A stretch of 64,000 nucleotides of DNA from Octopus vulgaris. Lineage: Eukaryota. Both the position numbers and the translations under genes were made by a program. The stretch lies in contig OX597833.1 in NCBI GenBank assembly GCA_951406725.2, forward strand, positions 49,972,001-50,036,000, in the 5' to 3' direction. The notes beneath the pieces are model-generated. The model was given only the letters and a program-made list of their open reading frames with translations. It was not told the DNA's origin and did not search any database. Positions 27,849 through 41,376 of the stretch are shown here, piece after piece. Position 1 is the stretch's first letter. Every line of letters starts with the position of its first letter.

Positions 27849-28289
27849 AATCACTTTTTTTTTAAACATGTAGATTTAGATTATCTAATATGTTCAGTCA
27901 AGACTATTGAAAAGGTTGCAAGACGCAACGAAAGTTTTAGGGAAATAAAATGAGAAATAAGTGCAAATTTTACCGGTGAGTGTGTTACATTATAAGGCAC
28001 AGAAAGAAAATGACTCTCCCCAGACACAACAAAATATGCTTCAACACACGAACTCACATAAATAATCTTGCAAACCAAATCCAAAAATGAAATACAAAGT
28101 AGTTATTCATTGAGCTGAACTTAATGAAGGCCCGTATTTTGAGTTCAACTTCTGCGGGAGACAGCTTGACATTTATCCTTCCGTAGTTGCTAATATAAAG
28201 AACCAATCAGATACCGAAATTATTTTAATCCTCTACATCCTCCTTCAGGATTTGTGTCCTTGTGCACATATTAAACATGATCGTTTTCG

Positions 28290-28481
28290 TATCATCATCA
28301 TCACCATCATCATCACCACCACCATCACCACCACCATCATCACCATCATCGTCGTCGTTGTCGTCGTCGTCGTCATCATCATCATCATCGTCATCATCAT
28401 CATCATCGTCATCATCATCGTCATCGTCGTCGTCGTCATCATCATCATCATCACCATCACCATCATCATCATCACCATCAC

Positions 28482-28570
<89 letters not shown>

Positions 28571-28790
28571 ACGTCGTCGTCGTCTTCATCATCATCACTG
28601 TCACCACATCATCCTCATCATCACCATCATCATCATCATCATCATCATCATTATCATCACCATCATCTCCACCATCACCACCACTATCATCACCATCATC
28701 GTCGTCGCCGTCAACATCATCATCATCATCATCACCACCACCACCACCACCACCACCACCACCAACAACATCAATCGTAATAGTAGTAAT

Positions 28791-28848
<58 letters not shown>

Positions 28849-29224
28849 AGTGTAGTAGAAGTTGTATACGCATCGGTTGTTGCGATTCAGTTCCCAGATC
28901 AAAGACATTCTTTGTATCACAATTCCCACTTTCTCTTTTTAAAAAACAAAAAAAAACAAGTAGATTTAGATTATCTAATGTGTCCAGCCAGTCGTTAGAT
29001 ACGAAGTTAAGTGTATACATTTGATAGAGAATCGGCTGCTATTTCTAGCAGGTCGATAATGTTATATCTGGTGAACCTTGTCAGATGAAACTCACTGGAA
29101 AGTGAAACCATTATTCATATTTGCACCCTGAGTAACCGAATGCTCTCGGGTCGTATTTACTCTTCATTCTAGGAATAAAAATTATCTGTAACAATATCTC
29201 CTTCCCCGCCGCCACCACCACCAA

Positions 29225-29296
<72 letters not shown>

Positions 29297-29513
29297 CACT
29301 ACTACTACTTAGAAATACAACCATAACAATTCCGACAACACTATAACAACCGCAATAATAATAATAATAATAATAACGATAATAATATAAATAATAATAA
29401 TAATAATAATGATGATTATGATGCTGATAATGATAATAATAATAATGATAATTATAATAATACTGATAATAATAATAATAATAATAATAATAAAGATAAT
29501 AATAGTAGTAGTA

Positions 29514-29575
<62 letters not shown>

Positions 29576-29760
29576 TCTATTACTGCTACTACTACTACTA
29601 AAAATAATAACAATAATAGTAATAACAATACAGATGACGACGACGACGATGGTGATGATGATGATGATGATGATGGTGATGATGACGGTGACGATGATGA
29701 TGATGATGATGGTGATGGTGATGATGATGATGATGATGATGAAAATAACGATAATAATAG
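28290..29760. repeat. Trinucleotide microsatellite fields (CAT/CAC/CGT)n, (TAC)n, (TAA)n, (GAT)n
   Basis: Direct reading; explains the poly-I/S/H/M/V ORFs. Confidence 0.97.
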
Positions 29761-30620
29761 AAGGACTAGGAAGGAAGAAGAAATACCAGGACAGCATAAA
29801 GAAAACACAGAGAAAAAAAAGGGAAGGCAAAAAAAGAAAAGGAAAGGTGATGTTCTGCCAGATTGAAGAGATGAGAGAGAGAGAGAAATGTAGAAAAGCA
29901 CTCAAGTGTGTATTTAGAGAATAGAAAACGGAATGGGTCTCTATTTCTAAATAAACTCAGAGAGAGTTTTGTTGGCACAACTGTTGTCTTTACAGTCAGC
30001 CTCATTAGCTAGCATATTGTCTAGAATTTCAAAGATATTTCACCAAATACCAAGTACCATTCATTGAAAACATTGCAGAGAAATTTGCGAAGAAGAAAAC
30101 AAAACCAAAAAAAATGGAAGATTTTTCTTCTTGTTTTTGTTCTTTTTTTCATCTTTTCTTTTCTTTATTTATTTTCTCTCCCTGAAGCGGGTTGGGAAGG
30201 AACTGTAGCCTAGGGATCTTTTATAAATTTTCGGTGCCGTTTTTGAAAAGATATATCACTTTTTTTGTTGAGTCATTTTTACGTGTTCAATCCTGTAGAA
30301 TTGTTTCTGTTTCTGCTTTTTCTTTTCTTTTTAATTCCTTTCTTTTGTTTTTGGTTTACATATTATTATTGTTCGTTTCTTGCTTGTCTATCTATGTTAT
30401 ACATTTTAAACATGCGAATCTGTGATGTATTCTCGCTAGAAAAGAAATAAGGCATTCTTGCATAGGGAGCTGTGATCTTTCACTGGGACCCATCCGCTCA
30501 GTATCATCTCTGTTTTGTTCCAAGTTTCAGTTTGTCTTGTATATATCCTTACATCTATTATTTTAACGCATTGTTTTATCTTACCCCTTCCCCTCTTCCG
30601 CTAACACACACACACACACG

Positions 30621-30657
<37 letters not shown>

Positions 30658-30806
30658 ACACACACACACACACACACGAACACACTAACACATACACACT
30701 CACGCACACATAAATATATGTAATATATATATATATCTATATAAGCATACGTGTAGAATATTTACACATATATTCATATATATATATATATATATATATA
30801 TGCATG

Positions 30807-30894
<88 letters not shown>

Positions 30895-31056
30895 TATATG
30901 TATGTATGTGTGTGTATATGTGTGTGTGTATGTACGGAAGACCTACTTTTTGTCGAGTGTTTTTATGTTCCATTATTAGACTATTATTCATTAGTCATTG
31001 AACGGTGACCGCTATAAGCATTAAGCTTCTAAAATACTATTATTATTATTTACAGA

Positions 31057-32232
31057 AGAAGGTTGATTGTGACATATGTCACAAGCTGCTAAACCTTGGT
31101 ATTATCGGTGAACTGGGAGAGTGGCTGCATGATTTTCTGAAGGGCAGAAGTCAGACAGTTGTAGCCAATGGTGCTCACTCTGAAAAGACACAAATTCCCA
31201 GAGGAGTCCCACAGGGAACTGTACTGGGGCCACTACTATTTGCGGAGGCCCTCTCAGCCATGCCCTCCGCGGTGCAGTTAGCCACTCTGACCGATTATGC
31301 TGCCGACACAAAAGTATCGCAGGCAGTTAGGAATCCAGAGGATATCATAAAACTGCAGAAAGACCTGAACGAAATCTACAAATGGGCTAACAAAAATAAC
31401 ATGCAGTTGAATGCTATGAAATTTCAGGCACTCCATTATCGGTCCAACCCCAGGCTAAAATCGGAATACACTAGACCAGAAGGTAATACGATCCCAGAGT
31501 CAGAGTCGGCGCATAACCTGAGGGTTCACATGAGCAACGTTGAAACATTCCGTGTGCATATTACCAAGGTGGCAACACTGTCCAGTCGAGTGGCTGGATG
31601 GATTTCTAAGGACATTCAGAACCAGGAAAAGGGAGTCCCTGCTACTCCTATAGAAGGCCTTTGTTCTCAGCCGCTTGGACTACTGCTCCCAACTATAGTC
31701 CCCAGAGAGTGTGAAACATACTATGTAACTAGATGCAATCCAGCGCCAATACACAAAGAAGATTGACTCGATGCAAAAGATGGGCTACTGGGAGAGGCTA
31801 AAGGAGCTGAGTTTCTATTCCTGGAGAGGAGACTAGAGAAAGATGCAGTGATATATATATTTGGAAGATCTTGGAGAGTTTAACTTCTAATTTTGGAACT
31901 GACAGTTATACCAATCCTCGAACTGGACGGCACTGCATCATACGAAATATTCCGTCTTCCTCATCTAAAATAAGGATACAGTACTGCAATAGCTTGGGTA
32001 TCAAGGGCCCGTAATTGTTCAACATCCTTCTAGGCAACCTTAGAAATCTACATGGTGTTGATGTGGAAGTCTGGACAGGTTTCTATCTGAGATAACAGAT
32101 AAACCCGCATCGAGGCAGGAGACGCAAAAGAAGAGCAGCTCCGTCCAACACGATACTTCGCGAAAACGGTATATACAGGAGATGCACCAGCATGATCTCA
32201 GCCTTGGGCTGAAATCAGTAAAAGATAAAAGA
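31057..32232 (+). mobile_element. 5'-truncated CR1/L2-group LINE: reverse transcriptase C-terminal half plus 3' tail, pseudogenised
   Basis: ORF 31005-31766 contains GVPQGTVLGPLLF and YAAD (31296-31307; the catalytic YADD is mutated). A frameshift near 31600 leads to FLRTFRTR...FVLSRLDYCSQL*SP, then YWERLKEL. The element ends ccagcatgatctcagccttgggctgaaatcagtaaaagataaaaga. Confidence 0.93.
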
Positions 32233-32254
32233 TATATATATATAAAAAATACAC

Positions 32255-32309
<55 letters not shown>

Positions 32310-32310
<1 letters not shown>

Positions 32311-32725
32311 TCTTTACTCCTTCACTCTTTTATTTGTTTCAATCATTTGACTGCGGCCATGCTGGAGCACCGCCTTTAATCGAGCAACTCGACCGCGGCA
32401 TTTATTCTTTGTAAGCCCAGTACTTATTCTATCGGTCCGTTTTGCCGAACTGCTAGGCGACGGGGACATAAACACACCAGCATCAGCTGTCAAGCAATGC
32501 TAGGGGGACAAACACAGACACACAAACACACACACATACATATATATATATATACATATACATATATACGACGGGCTTCTTTCAGTTTCCGTCTACCAAA
32601 TCCACTCACAAGGCTTTGGTCGGCCCGAGGCTATAGAAGAAGACACTTGCCCAAGATGCCACGCAATGGGACTGAACCCGGAACCATGTGGTTGGTAAAC
32701 AAGCTGCTTACCACACAACCACTAC
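32310..32725 (-). mobile_element. SINE family A, full length
   Basis: Reverse complement of the 3941 copy. Confidence 0.93.
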
Positions 32726-33540
32726 TAGCAATATATTTTTAGCTTTAAATTTCTATAATGCACTGGCATCTTCTGCTTTACATATATAAAGTACGACTTA
32801 CATCAAATGGTACTTCTACATGTGTTAGAAGCACGAGTATATGTCCGGAGAACATTAATATATGTACATATTTACCTAAATATGAATATTTAATGTTTGT
32901 CTACATTTACTATACCAATAAGAGAGTATTTTCTTTTGTGAGTGCACTTACATTTTAGCTCTCATTATATTTCATAACTTCACACTTGTCATGGACTTAT
33001 GTCATGTTTCCCAATGTTCCTACCAAGATACTTTACACTAAAATAATATTTTTGTTCTAGTTGCGTGTTAGACGCATAAACAATTAGCAAAAGCATTGTG
33101 CAAGTTATCGCGTCATATTCACTTGCGGATGACAGGTCTGACATCTCAGTCTGTCTGTGTGTCTGTCTCTGTGTGTCTCTGTCTCTCTCTGTCTTTCATT
33201 CTGCATATGTGTGTGTGTATATACATACATCGATAAATAAATACATAAATAAATATATGTGTGTATATATTTATGTATGTATGTATGTATGTATGTATGT
33301 ATGTATATATGTATGTATGTATGTATATATGTATATATATATATACATATATGTGTGTATATATATCATGTATATATGTATGAATATATTATATTATACG
33401 CTTGTGTGTGTATGAATGTATGTATGTATATATATATATATATATATCATGTATATATATATATTTATATATATATACATACATATATATGTATGTATAT
33501 GTGCATATATACACAGGCACACATATGCAGAAAGAGAAAC

Positions 33541-33575
<35 letters not shown>

Positions 33576-33577
33576 GA

Positions 33578-33721
33578 TGGAATTAACAAGACAACAAAAG
33601 ATGAAGACAGGTGCGTAAACAACAAACAGGTGTATTTGTATAACGCTCAGGAAGGTGTGAAAGTCTTTTACGTTTCGAGCCTACGCTCTTCAACAGAAAG
33701 GAACACGAGAAAATAAACAGA

Positions 33722-33725
<4 letters not shown>
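33578..33725 (-). mobile_element. PLE-like module with hammerhead-like motif (33665-33700)
   Basis: Minus strand: cttt-CTGTTGA-A-GAGC-gtag-GCTC-GAAACGTA-aaag; homologous to the 14438 module. Confidence 0.72.
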
Positions 33726-33809
<84 letters not shown>

Positions 33810-33896
33810 ATGTATATATACACATACACACATATGCAGAAAGGGAAGTATATTTATATATATATACATATATATATCATGTACATATGCATAAAT

Positions 33897-33947
<51 letters not shown>

Positions 33948-34669
33948 CATGCATATATTATTTATATGCAATAGAAATATAGACCAAACATGACGAACAT
34001 ATGTAATGTGTCTGTGTGTGCGTACATGTGTGCGAGTGTATGCACGTGTGAGTGTGTTTTTGGCTGCCTGTATGTATGTATGTGGTTGTGTGCTTGTATG
34101 TTAAGAGAAGTAGTTTTTAACTTTGCATAACTTCTGACTGTGTGTCGTTAATGTGCCCTTCCATTCGGTTGAGTTTTTAAGGGGTCGTGAACAGTGAGAC
34201 TTAATATAATTTGAGAGACAGACACTCTTATTGTTTTCAGGGTTTTTTTTTTCTATTATTTTTGACATTGTTCTTCACTGCGTGTGTGATTTCCTGTATG
34301 CTAACGTGTGTGTAGAAAAGCAGAAATGTTAGTATGTGCTACGATAGATATTTCGTTTGAAGGCGAAGAAAAACGTCATATGTGCTTAGAAGAATGGAAA
34401 ATGGAAAGGGAAGGGAATGATAAAAAAAAGGGAGAAAAAAGGGTCACATTATAGAAAATGAATAGAAAATAAATGGGTAAAAGTGAGAACGAAAACATCT
34501 GTAACGTTTATTATGTTCAGGATAAATTCCCTGCTCCGCCATGAACTCAAATAGACACACTTCATATTATGTGCTTATACCGAAAGACTTCCCCTCCCCC
34601 CCAAAAAAAAATCGATGATGAAATCTCATGCTAACATCACCAAATATGAATGGTCAATTCCGCATCTTC

Positions 34670-35031
34670 ATTTATCACCATCGCCAACGTCATCGTCATC
34701 GTCATCATCACCATCGTCGTTGCCGTCGTCATTACCATCATGACCACCACGCCCACGGCAACTACGACGAAGTCGACGACCAGCTCCACATCATCGTCAT
34801 CATCATGATCATCATCATTATCATCATCATTAGTAGTAGTAGTGGCAACCCGTTGAAGTAGAAACAGCAGCAGCACCACCACCGCCAGCACCACCACCGC
34901 CAGCACCACCACCGCCAGCACCACCACCACCAGCGCCACCACCAGCCAATGTAGTAATACTAGCAGTAGTAGTAGTTGTAGCAGAAGCAACAGTAGCAGT
35001 AGTAGTAATAGCCTAGTAGTAGTATTAGTAT

Positions 35032-35065
<34 letters not shown>

Positions 35066-35085
35066 TGTTGTTGTTGTTGTTGTTA
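34670..35085. repeat. Degenerate trinucleotide repeats (CAT/CGT, CAC/CAG, TAG, TTG)
   Basis: Direct reading. Confidence 0.9.
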
Positions 35086-35361
35086 GAGGAAGAAGAGAAT
35101 TAGCCATGAACATTGGATTGATCTCATGTACCTAAGTATTACATCATCCAAGGTAACCTTAGATATCCTTGGTATCTAAAGATCAGAAGGCACGTCGCCT
35201 AATGGGCTAAGTGTTCGACTTATGACCACATGACCGACGGCTCCAATATCAGTACCAGCGACACGCTGTGTCTTTGAGCAAGGTACTTCATACCAATCAA
35301 AAGAATTTCAGTCATGACTATTCCTAATTTTCGTATATCTTGCACCAAAATCATCAGTACC

Positions 35362-35778
35362 GCGAGCTGGCAGAAACGTTAGCACGCCGGGCGGAATGCG
35401 TAGCCGTATTTCGTCTGCCGTTATGTTCTGAGTTCAAATTCCACCGAGGTCGACTTTGCCTTTCATCCTTTCGGGGTCGATAAATTAAGTACCAGTTACG
35501 CACTGGGCTCGATATAATCTACTTAATCCGTTTGTCTGTCCTTGTTTGTCCTCTCTGTGTTTAGCCCCTTGTGGTAGTAAAGAAATAGAAATAGGTATTT
35601 CGTCTGCGGTTGCGTTCTGAGTTCAAATTCCGCCAAGGTCGACTTTGCCTTTCATCCTTTTGGGGTCGATAAATTAATTACCAGTTATGCACTGGGGTCG
35701 ATGTAATCGACTTAATCCCTTTGTCTTTCTTTGTTTGACCCCTCTATGTGTAACCCCTTGTGGGCAGTAAAGAAATAA
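35362..35778 (+). mobile_element. SINE family B dimer
   Basis: Head gcgagctggcagaaacgttagcacg; second unit starts ggtatttcgtc after aaagaaata(gaaata). Confidence 0.92.
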
Positions 35779-36517
35779 GTATCTTCAGTACGAGTAGTTT
35801 GAGGGTGAAATGGCTGTTATATCTATCAAAATGTCGTTTATTTTGTAACGGTGATTGCTTTATACTTTAATTAAAAGCCTATTTGTAACAGGAGTTGAAC
35901 GACATTTAAGAATATTCTTGATTACCAGAGACAACGTAACATCTGGTTTTGTCATATCAACACCGTCATTACGTACGATGGGCTTTGGTCAACAAAACTT
36001 GGTGGAATCCATTCTTGTCCAGGTTTAACGAGCTAATTTATTGCAGAGACAGACAGATAGAGAATATGAGAAAGGAAGAATCGAACTCAGTATGGTCCGG
36101 TATTTTATTATTTCTAGAAGTTTGAAAAACAAAGTCGGCCTGGAATGGGTTTTGACCAAAAACGCCAGAACGGATGCCAGAAAGCATCTTATCCGATCCT
36201 CTAACAAACTTTCCGAATTCGCTACCAAGCTAACAGCTGCTAGAGTTGAAAGTGTTAGAGGGAAGTTCAGGTATGACAGTATGCGTTCTAAATCGGTTCT
36301 CTGAAGCAACATAAATGACAAAAATATTCCCAAATGATAGATGAGGAAGAGGTAAAAACTATCATAACCAACACAAGACGTGTGAGTAAAAATGTTGAAA
36401 TGTATGACGTATGCATCTCGCAGTTTTGTGGAATTGCTCGAGTTACAGAAAACATCCAATCATAAAAAGGTTTTTCCTAAAAAAATATATACCGTTTCTG
36501 TTTCATTTTTGTATCAA

Positions 36518-36880
36518 GTTTGCAAGATTCCTGACGTGAACTCGTGTGTTGAAACATATTTCTTTGTATCCCGGGAGGGTCATTACGTCAATAATAAACA
36601 CACACTCTGGTAATATTTCACTTCTGTATTTTGATTTGTCAGTTGTTTAAACATATAACCAATTAATTCGTCGACTGTTTGATTAATCGTTCGGTCAGCC
36701 AGCTAGGTTCCGTTGCCCTTTTGTCGCAAACCTAGCTGATTGATTGATTCAGAAGTTAGCCGATTAGTCAATTGGTTAAATGGTTAACCAATTCCAAAAT
36801 AAAAATAACATAATGAAATAGAAGCGGTGTACGTGTCAATTATTGGCATACTGACCCTCCCGAGATACAACAGATTATTG
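36518..36880. mobile_element. Family E module folded into an imperfect ~307-bp palindrome (36564-36870)
   Basis: Outer arms ttgtatcccgggagggtcattacgtcaataat / attattggcatactgaccctcccgagatacaa; inner arms cagctaggtt (36700) / aacctagctg (36729). Confidence 0.75.
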
Positions 36881-36959
36881 TTTCTTCATAATGACTTTTA
36901 TTTAAGTAGTATGCACATATTTTGTTATTGGGCAGCTATATGGTTACTGAAGAAACTTC

Positions 36960-38495
36960 ACCAGCATGCTGGAGCACCGTCTTTTAGTTGAGCAATTCTA
37001 CCCCAGGACTTATTCTTTGTAAGCCTAGTACTAATTATATTGGTCACTTTTGCCGAACTGCTAAGTTACGGGGACGTAAACACACCAGCATCGGTTATCA
37101 AGCGATGTTGGTGGGGGTGGGGACAAACACAGACGCACAAACATATACACACATGCATATATAAGACGGGCTTCTTTCAGTGTCCGTCTAACAAATCCAC
37201 TCACAATACTTTGGTCGGCCCGAAGCTATAGTTACCCAAGTCGCCACGCAGTGGGACTGAAGCCGGAACCTTGTGGTTGCTAAGCAAGCTACTTACCACA
37301 CAGCCACTCCTACACCTATTTTCTTTATTACCCACAAGGGGCTAAACACAGAGGGGACAAACAAGGACAGACATAGGTATTAAGTCGATTATATCGACCC
37401 CAGTGCGTAACTGGTACTTAATTTATCAACCCCGAAAGGATGAAAGGCAAAGTCGACCTCGGCGGGAAGCACTCCGTCGATTACGACGACGAGGGTTCCG
37501 GTTGATCCGATCAACGGAACAGCCTGCTAGTGAAATTAACGTGTAAGTGGCTGAGCACTCCACAGACACGTGTACCCTTAACGTAGTTCTCGGGGATATT
37601 CAGTGTGACACAGAGAGTGACAAGGCCGGCCCTTTGAAATACAGGTACAACAGAAACAGGAAGTAAGAGTGAGAGAAAGTTGTGGTGAAAGAATACAGCA
37701 GGGATCACCACCACCCCCTACCGGAGCCTGGTGGAGCTTTTAGGTGTTTTCGCTCAATAAACACTCATAACGCCCGGTCTGGGAATCGAAACCGCGATCC
37801 TATGACCGCGAGTCCGCTGCCCTAACCACTGGGCCATTGCGCCTCCATATATTAGACGGGCTTCTTTCAGTGTCCGTCTACCAAATCCACTCGCAAGGCT
37901 TTGGTCGGCCCGAGGCTATAGTTGCCCAAGTTGTCACACAGTGGTACTGAACCTGGAACCTTGTGATTCGTAAGCAAGCTACTTACCACCCAACCACTCC
38001 TACGCCTATTGTTGGTAATTTTGTTTGATTTTATTGTTTTTAAAAAAAAAAAATGAAAAAGTAAAGTCGGATCTCAGTTAAGATTTGAACTCAGATCGTA
38101 ATACGTTATTTGTATTATAAGATCTCCATCTTTGCTGTAGAGAAATCATTATAATGCGATTCGTAATAAAGACAATGATGACGATAGCGAGCACGAGACG
38201 ACGAAGACAATGATGATGACGACGAGACGCTGATGATGATGACGAGACGATGATGATGATGATGACACCGATGACAACGATGAGGAAAACGACATTGCTA
38301 CTACCGCTGCTACCGCCGACCAAAGCAATGTGAGTGGATTTGGTAGACGGACACTGAAAGAAGCCCGTCTTATATATGCATGTGTGTGTATATGTTTGTG
38401 CGTCTGTGTTTGTCCCCACCCCCACCAACATCGCTTGACAACTGATGCTGGTGTGTTTACGTCCCCGTAACTTAGCGGTTCGGCAAAAGAGACCA
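36960..38495. mobile_element. SINE pile-up: A(-) 36960-37318, B(-) 37318-37465, C+tail a(-) 37469-37846, A(-) head 37853-38010, A(+) middle 38316-38495
   Basis: Family motifs read directly; elements abut or nest. Confidence 0.88.
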
Positions 38496-38856
38496 TAATA
38501 ACCAACAATTACAACTACCATCATTACTATCACCACCACCGTCGTCGCAGTCATCATTATCATCATCATCGTCGTCAACATCAACAACATCAATGTTATT
38601 GTGCTGATGAAAACCCCTTTAAAGGGATCACAAACAGCAGCTGTACAAATTGCAGTTTTGTTGCATTTTTGCAAAGAAAAAAAAAAGCATAAAATTTTTG
38701 TAAAAAAAACCAAAACCTCAGAAACCTCAGAAACCTGACTATGATTATTATTAACATTTTCCTGTATTGTTTGTTGTTTGTTGTTGTATTATAATCTGCC
38801 AGAAAAAAGAAAAGAAAGAGGAAAAAGTAAGATGGAAAGGAACCGAAATGAATTGT

Positions 38857-39727
38857 TGATGGTAGTGGTGTTGATGGTGGTGTTGGTGGTGGTGTTGGTG
38901 GTGGTTTTGATGGTGGTTTTGGTGGTGGTGTTGGTGGTGGTGTTGGTGGTGGTGGTGTTGGTGGTGGTGGTGTTGGTGGTGTTGGTGGTGGTGTTGGTGG
39001 TGGTTTTGATGGTGGTTTTGATGGTGGTTTTGGTGGTGGTGTTGGTGGTGGTGTTGGTGGTGGTGTTTTTGGTGGTGGTTTTGGTGGTGGTGTTGGTGGT
39101 GGTGTTGATGGTGGTGTTGGTGGTGGTGTTGATGGTGGTGGTGTTGGTGGTGGTGTTGATGGTGGCGGTGGTGTGGTGGTGGTGTTGGTGGTGTTGTTGA
39201 TGGTGGTGGTGTTGGTGGTGGTGGTGTTGGTGGTGGTGTTGGTGGTGGTGGTGGTGGTGGTGGTGGTGGTGGTGTTGGTGGTGGTGTGGGTGGTGGTGTT
39301 GATGGTGGTGTTGGTGGTGGTGGTGTTGGTGGTGGTGTTGGTGGTGTTGGTGGTGGTGTTGGTGGTGGTGTTGATGGTGGTGTTGGTGGTGGTGGTGTTG
39401 GTGGTGGTGTTGGTGGTGGTGTTGGTGGTGGTGTTGGTGGTGGTGTTGGTGGTGGTGTTGGTGGTGGTGGTGTTGATGGTGGTGTTGGTGGTGGTGTTGA
39501 TGGTGGTGTTGGTGGTGGTGGTGTTGGTGGTGGTGTTGGTGGTGGTGTTGGTGGTGGTGTTGATGGTGGTGGTGTTGGTGTTGGTGGTGGTGTTGATGGT
39601 GGTGTTGGTGGTGGTGTTGATGGTGTTGGTGGTGGTGGTGTTGGTGGTGGTGTTGGTGGTGGTGTTGGTGGTGGTGTTGATGGTGGTGGTGTTGGTGGTG
39701 GTGTTGATGGTGGTGTTGGTGGTGGTA
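38857..39727 (+). repeat. ~870-bp (GGT)n/GTT/GAT compound repeat with 12-15-bp superperiod
   Basis: ggtggtggtgtt units; explains the Pro/Thr/Val/Gly ORFs. Confidence 0.97.
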
Positions 39728-39815
39728 CTGGTGAGGAATGAAATACCAAAGGAAAACATGTGGTGCTTCGTGTTAATGAAGAAATATTCCGACCAAAAAC
39801 TTGTTTGTGATTGCC

Positions 39816-39898
<83 letters not shown>

Positions 39899-39949
39899 GG
39901 GGAGAGAGAGAGGGAGAGAGAGGGAGAGAGGGAGAGAGAGAGAGAGGGG

Positions 39950-39980
<31 letters not shown>

Positions 39981-40089
39981 TGTGTGTGTGTGTCTTTTAT
40001 ATCGCTTCACTTTTTTTTGTTTTGCATGTTAACGAGAATGACTTCTAGTTAGCAGATGCAGGAAGTGATGTGATCAGCAGACGTAATCG

Positions 40090-40262
40090 TAGCAATAATA
40101 GTAGTAGTAGTAGTTGTAGTAGTATTAATAGTTGTTGTTGTAGTAGTTGTAGTAGTAGTCAATGAAGTAGTAGTAGTAGTAGTTGTAGCATTTGAGGTAG
40201 TATTAGTTGTAGTAGTAGTTATAATATTAGTAGTAGTTGTTATAGTAGTTGTAAGAGCTTTA

Positions 40263-40318
<56 letters not shown>

Positions 40319-40590
40319 TATAATAGTAGTAGTAGTATTTGTGGCACTAATAGTTATAGAGGGAATGTCAAAGGCAACAGCTGAAACACAAGCCGAAGCA
40401 GCAAACATCAGCATCAGCATTAGCAGTGGTAGCAGCAGCAGTAGTAGTAGTGGTGGTGGTGGTGATGGTACTACTATTAGTAGCAATAGTAGTAGTAGTA
40501 GTAGAAGTCACAACAACAACAACAGCAGCAGTAGTAGTAACATTAGTAGAAGTGGTAGTAACAGTCATCACAGCCACAGCAGCAGCAGTT

Positions 40591-40633
<43 letters not shown>

Positions 40634-40643
40634 CAGTAGTAGC

Positions 40644-40676
<33 letters not shown>

Positions 40677-40720
40677 TGTGGTGGTGGTGGTACTATTAGT
40701 AACAGTAGTACTTTTGGGTG
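40090..40720. repeat. (TAG)n/(CAG)n/(TGG)n degenerate field
   Basis: Direct reading. Confidence 0.92.
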
Positions 40721-41177
40721 ATTAGTAGTGATCTTTGAAAAAGTAGGCGACGGTAGGTATTAGTATTGTGGTCTATAGGCGAGGCTGGTTACAACTTATT
40801 AATTGTGTTTTATTAGTTGTAATTGGTGTGGTTGATTAGTTTTATATGAGAGGATGAAGAGAATTTTATGCGTGGATGAAGAGAATTTCATGACGTCTAC
40901 CGTTGCCATCGACACCATCCTCTTGCGTTGCTCTGTTAACATGATTGTTATTACACTGCTTTTTAGCTTTTCCTTGAATAGGAACCAGGCGTGGCTTTGT
41001 GGTAAGAAGTTTGCTTCTCAGCAACGTGATTGATTCCAAGTTCAATCGCACTGCGTGGCAGCTTGGGCGTGTGTTTTCTGCGATACTTTCGGTCGACCAA
41101 ACCCCTCTGAGTAAATTTGCTAGACGGCAACCGAAAGAGGCCCGTCTTATGCACATATACACACACACATATATATA

Positions 41178-41312
41178 GGGAGAGAATTCACGAAAAAACA
41201 AAATACGAAGACAGGTGGTGTGGAAAACAAGCAGATGTGTTAGTATAACGCTCGGGAATTGAAAAAGTCTTTAATGTTTCGAGGCTACGCTCTTCCACAG
41301 AAAGGAACACAG
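41178..41312 (-). mobile_element. PLE-like module with degenerate hammerhead-like motif (41269-41304), directly following a SINE A head (40985-41150)
   Basis: Minus strand: cttt-CTGTGGA-A-GAGC-gtag-CCTC-GAAACATT-aaag. Confidence 0.68.
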
Positions 41313-41376
41313 ATCTATCTATCTATCTATCTGTCTGTCTGTCTGTCTGTCTGTCTATACATACATACATATATTT

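Noticed and set aside
29096-29160. Minus-strand GTGAGT donor that would give ...FTFH-SDATG when joined to the CUB exon
   Set aside because: The frame is closed by a stop ~23 codons upstream and no good acceptor lies inside it; kept only as a remote possibility.
28245-29924. Long poly-Ile/Ser/His/Met ORFs
   Set aside because: Trinucleotide microsatellites open in several frames on both strands.
36025-36459. 144-aa ORF (and overlapping 87-aa ORF)
   Set aside because: Overlaps a highly decayed SINE B copy (aaagtcggcctgg...gcatcttatccg); no domain similarity recognised.
38596-40048. 387-419-aa mucin/extensin-like ORFs
   Set aside because: Pure (ACC)-type repeat flanked by (TG)n/(GA)n; open in multiple frames.
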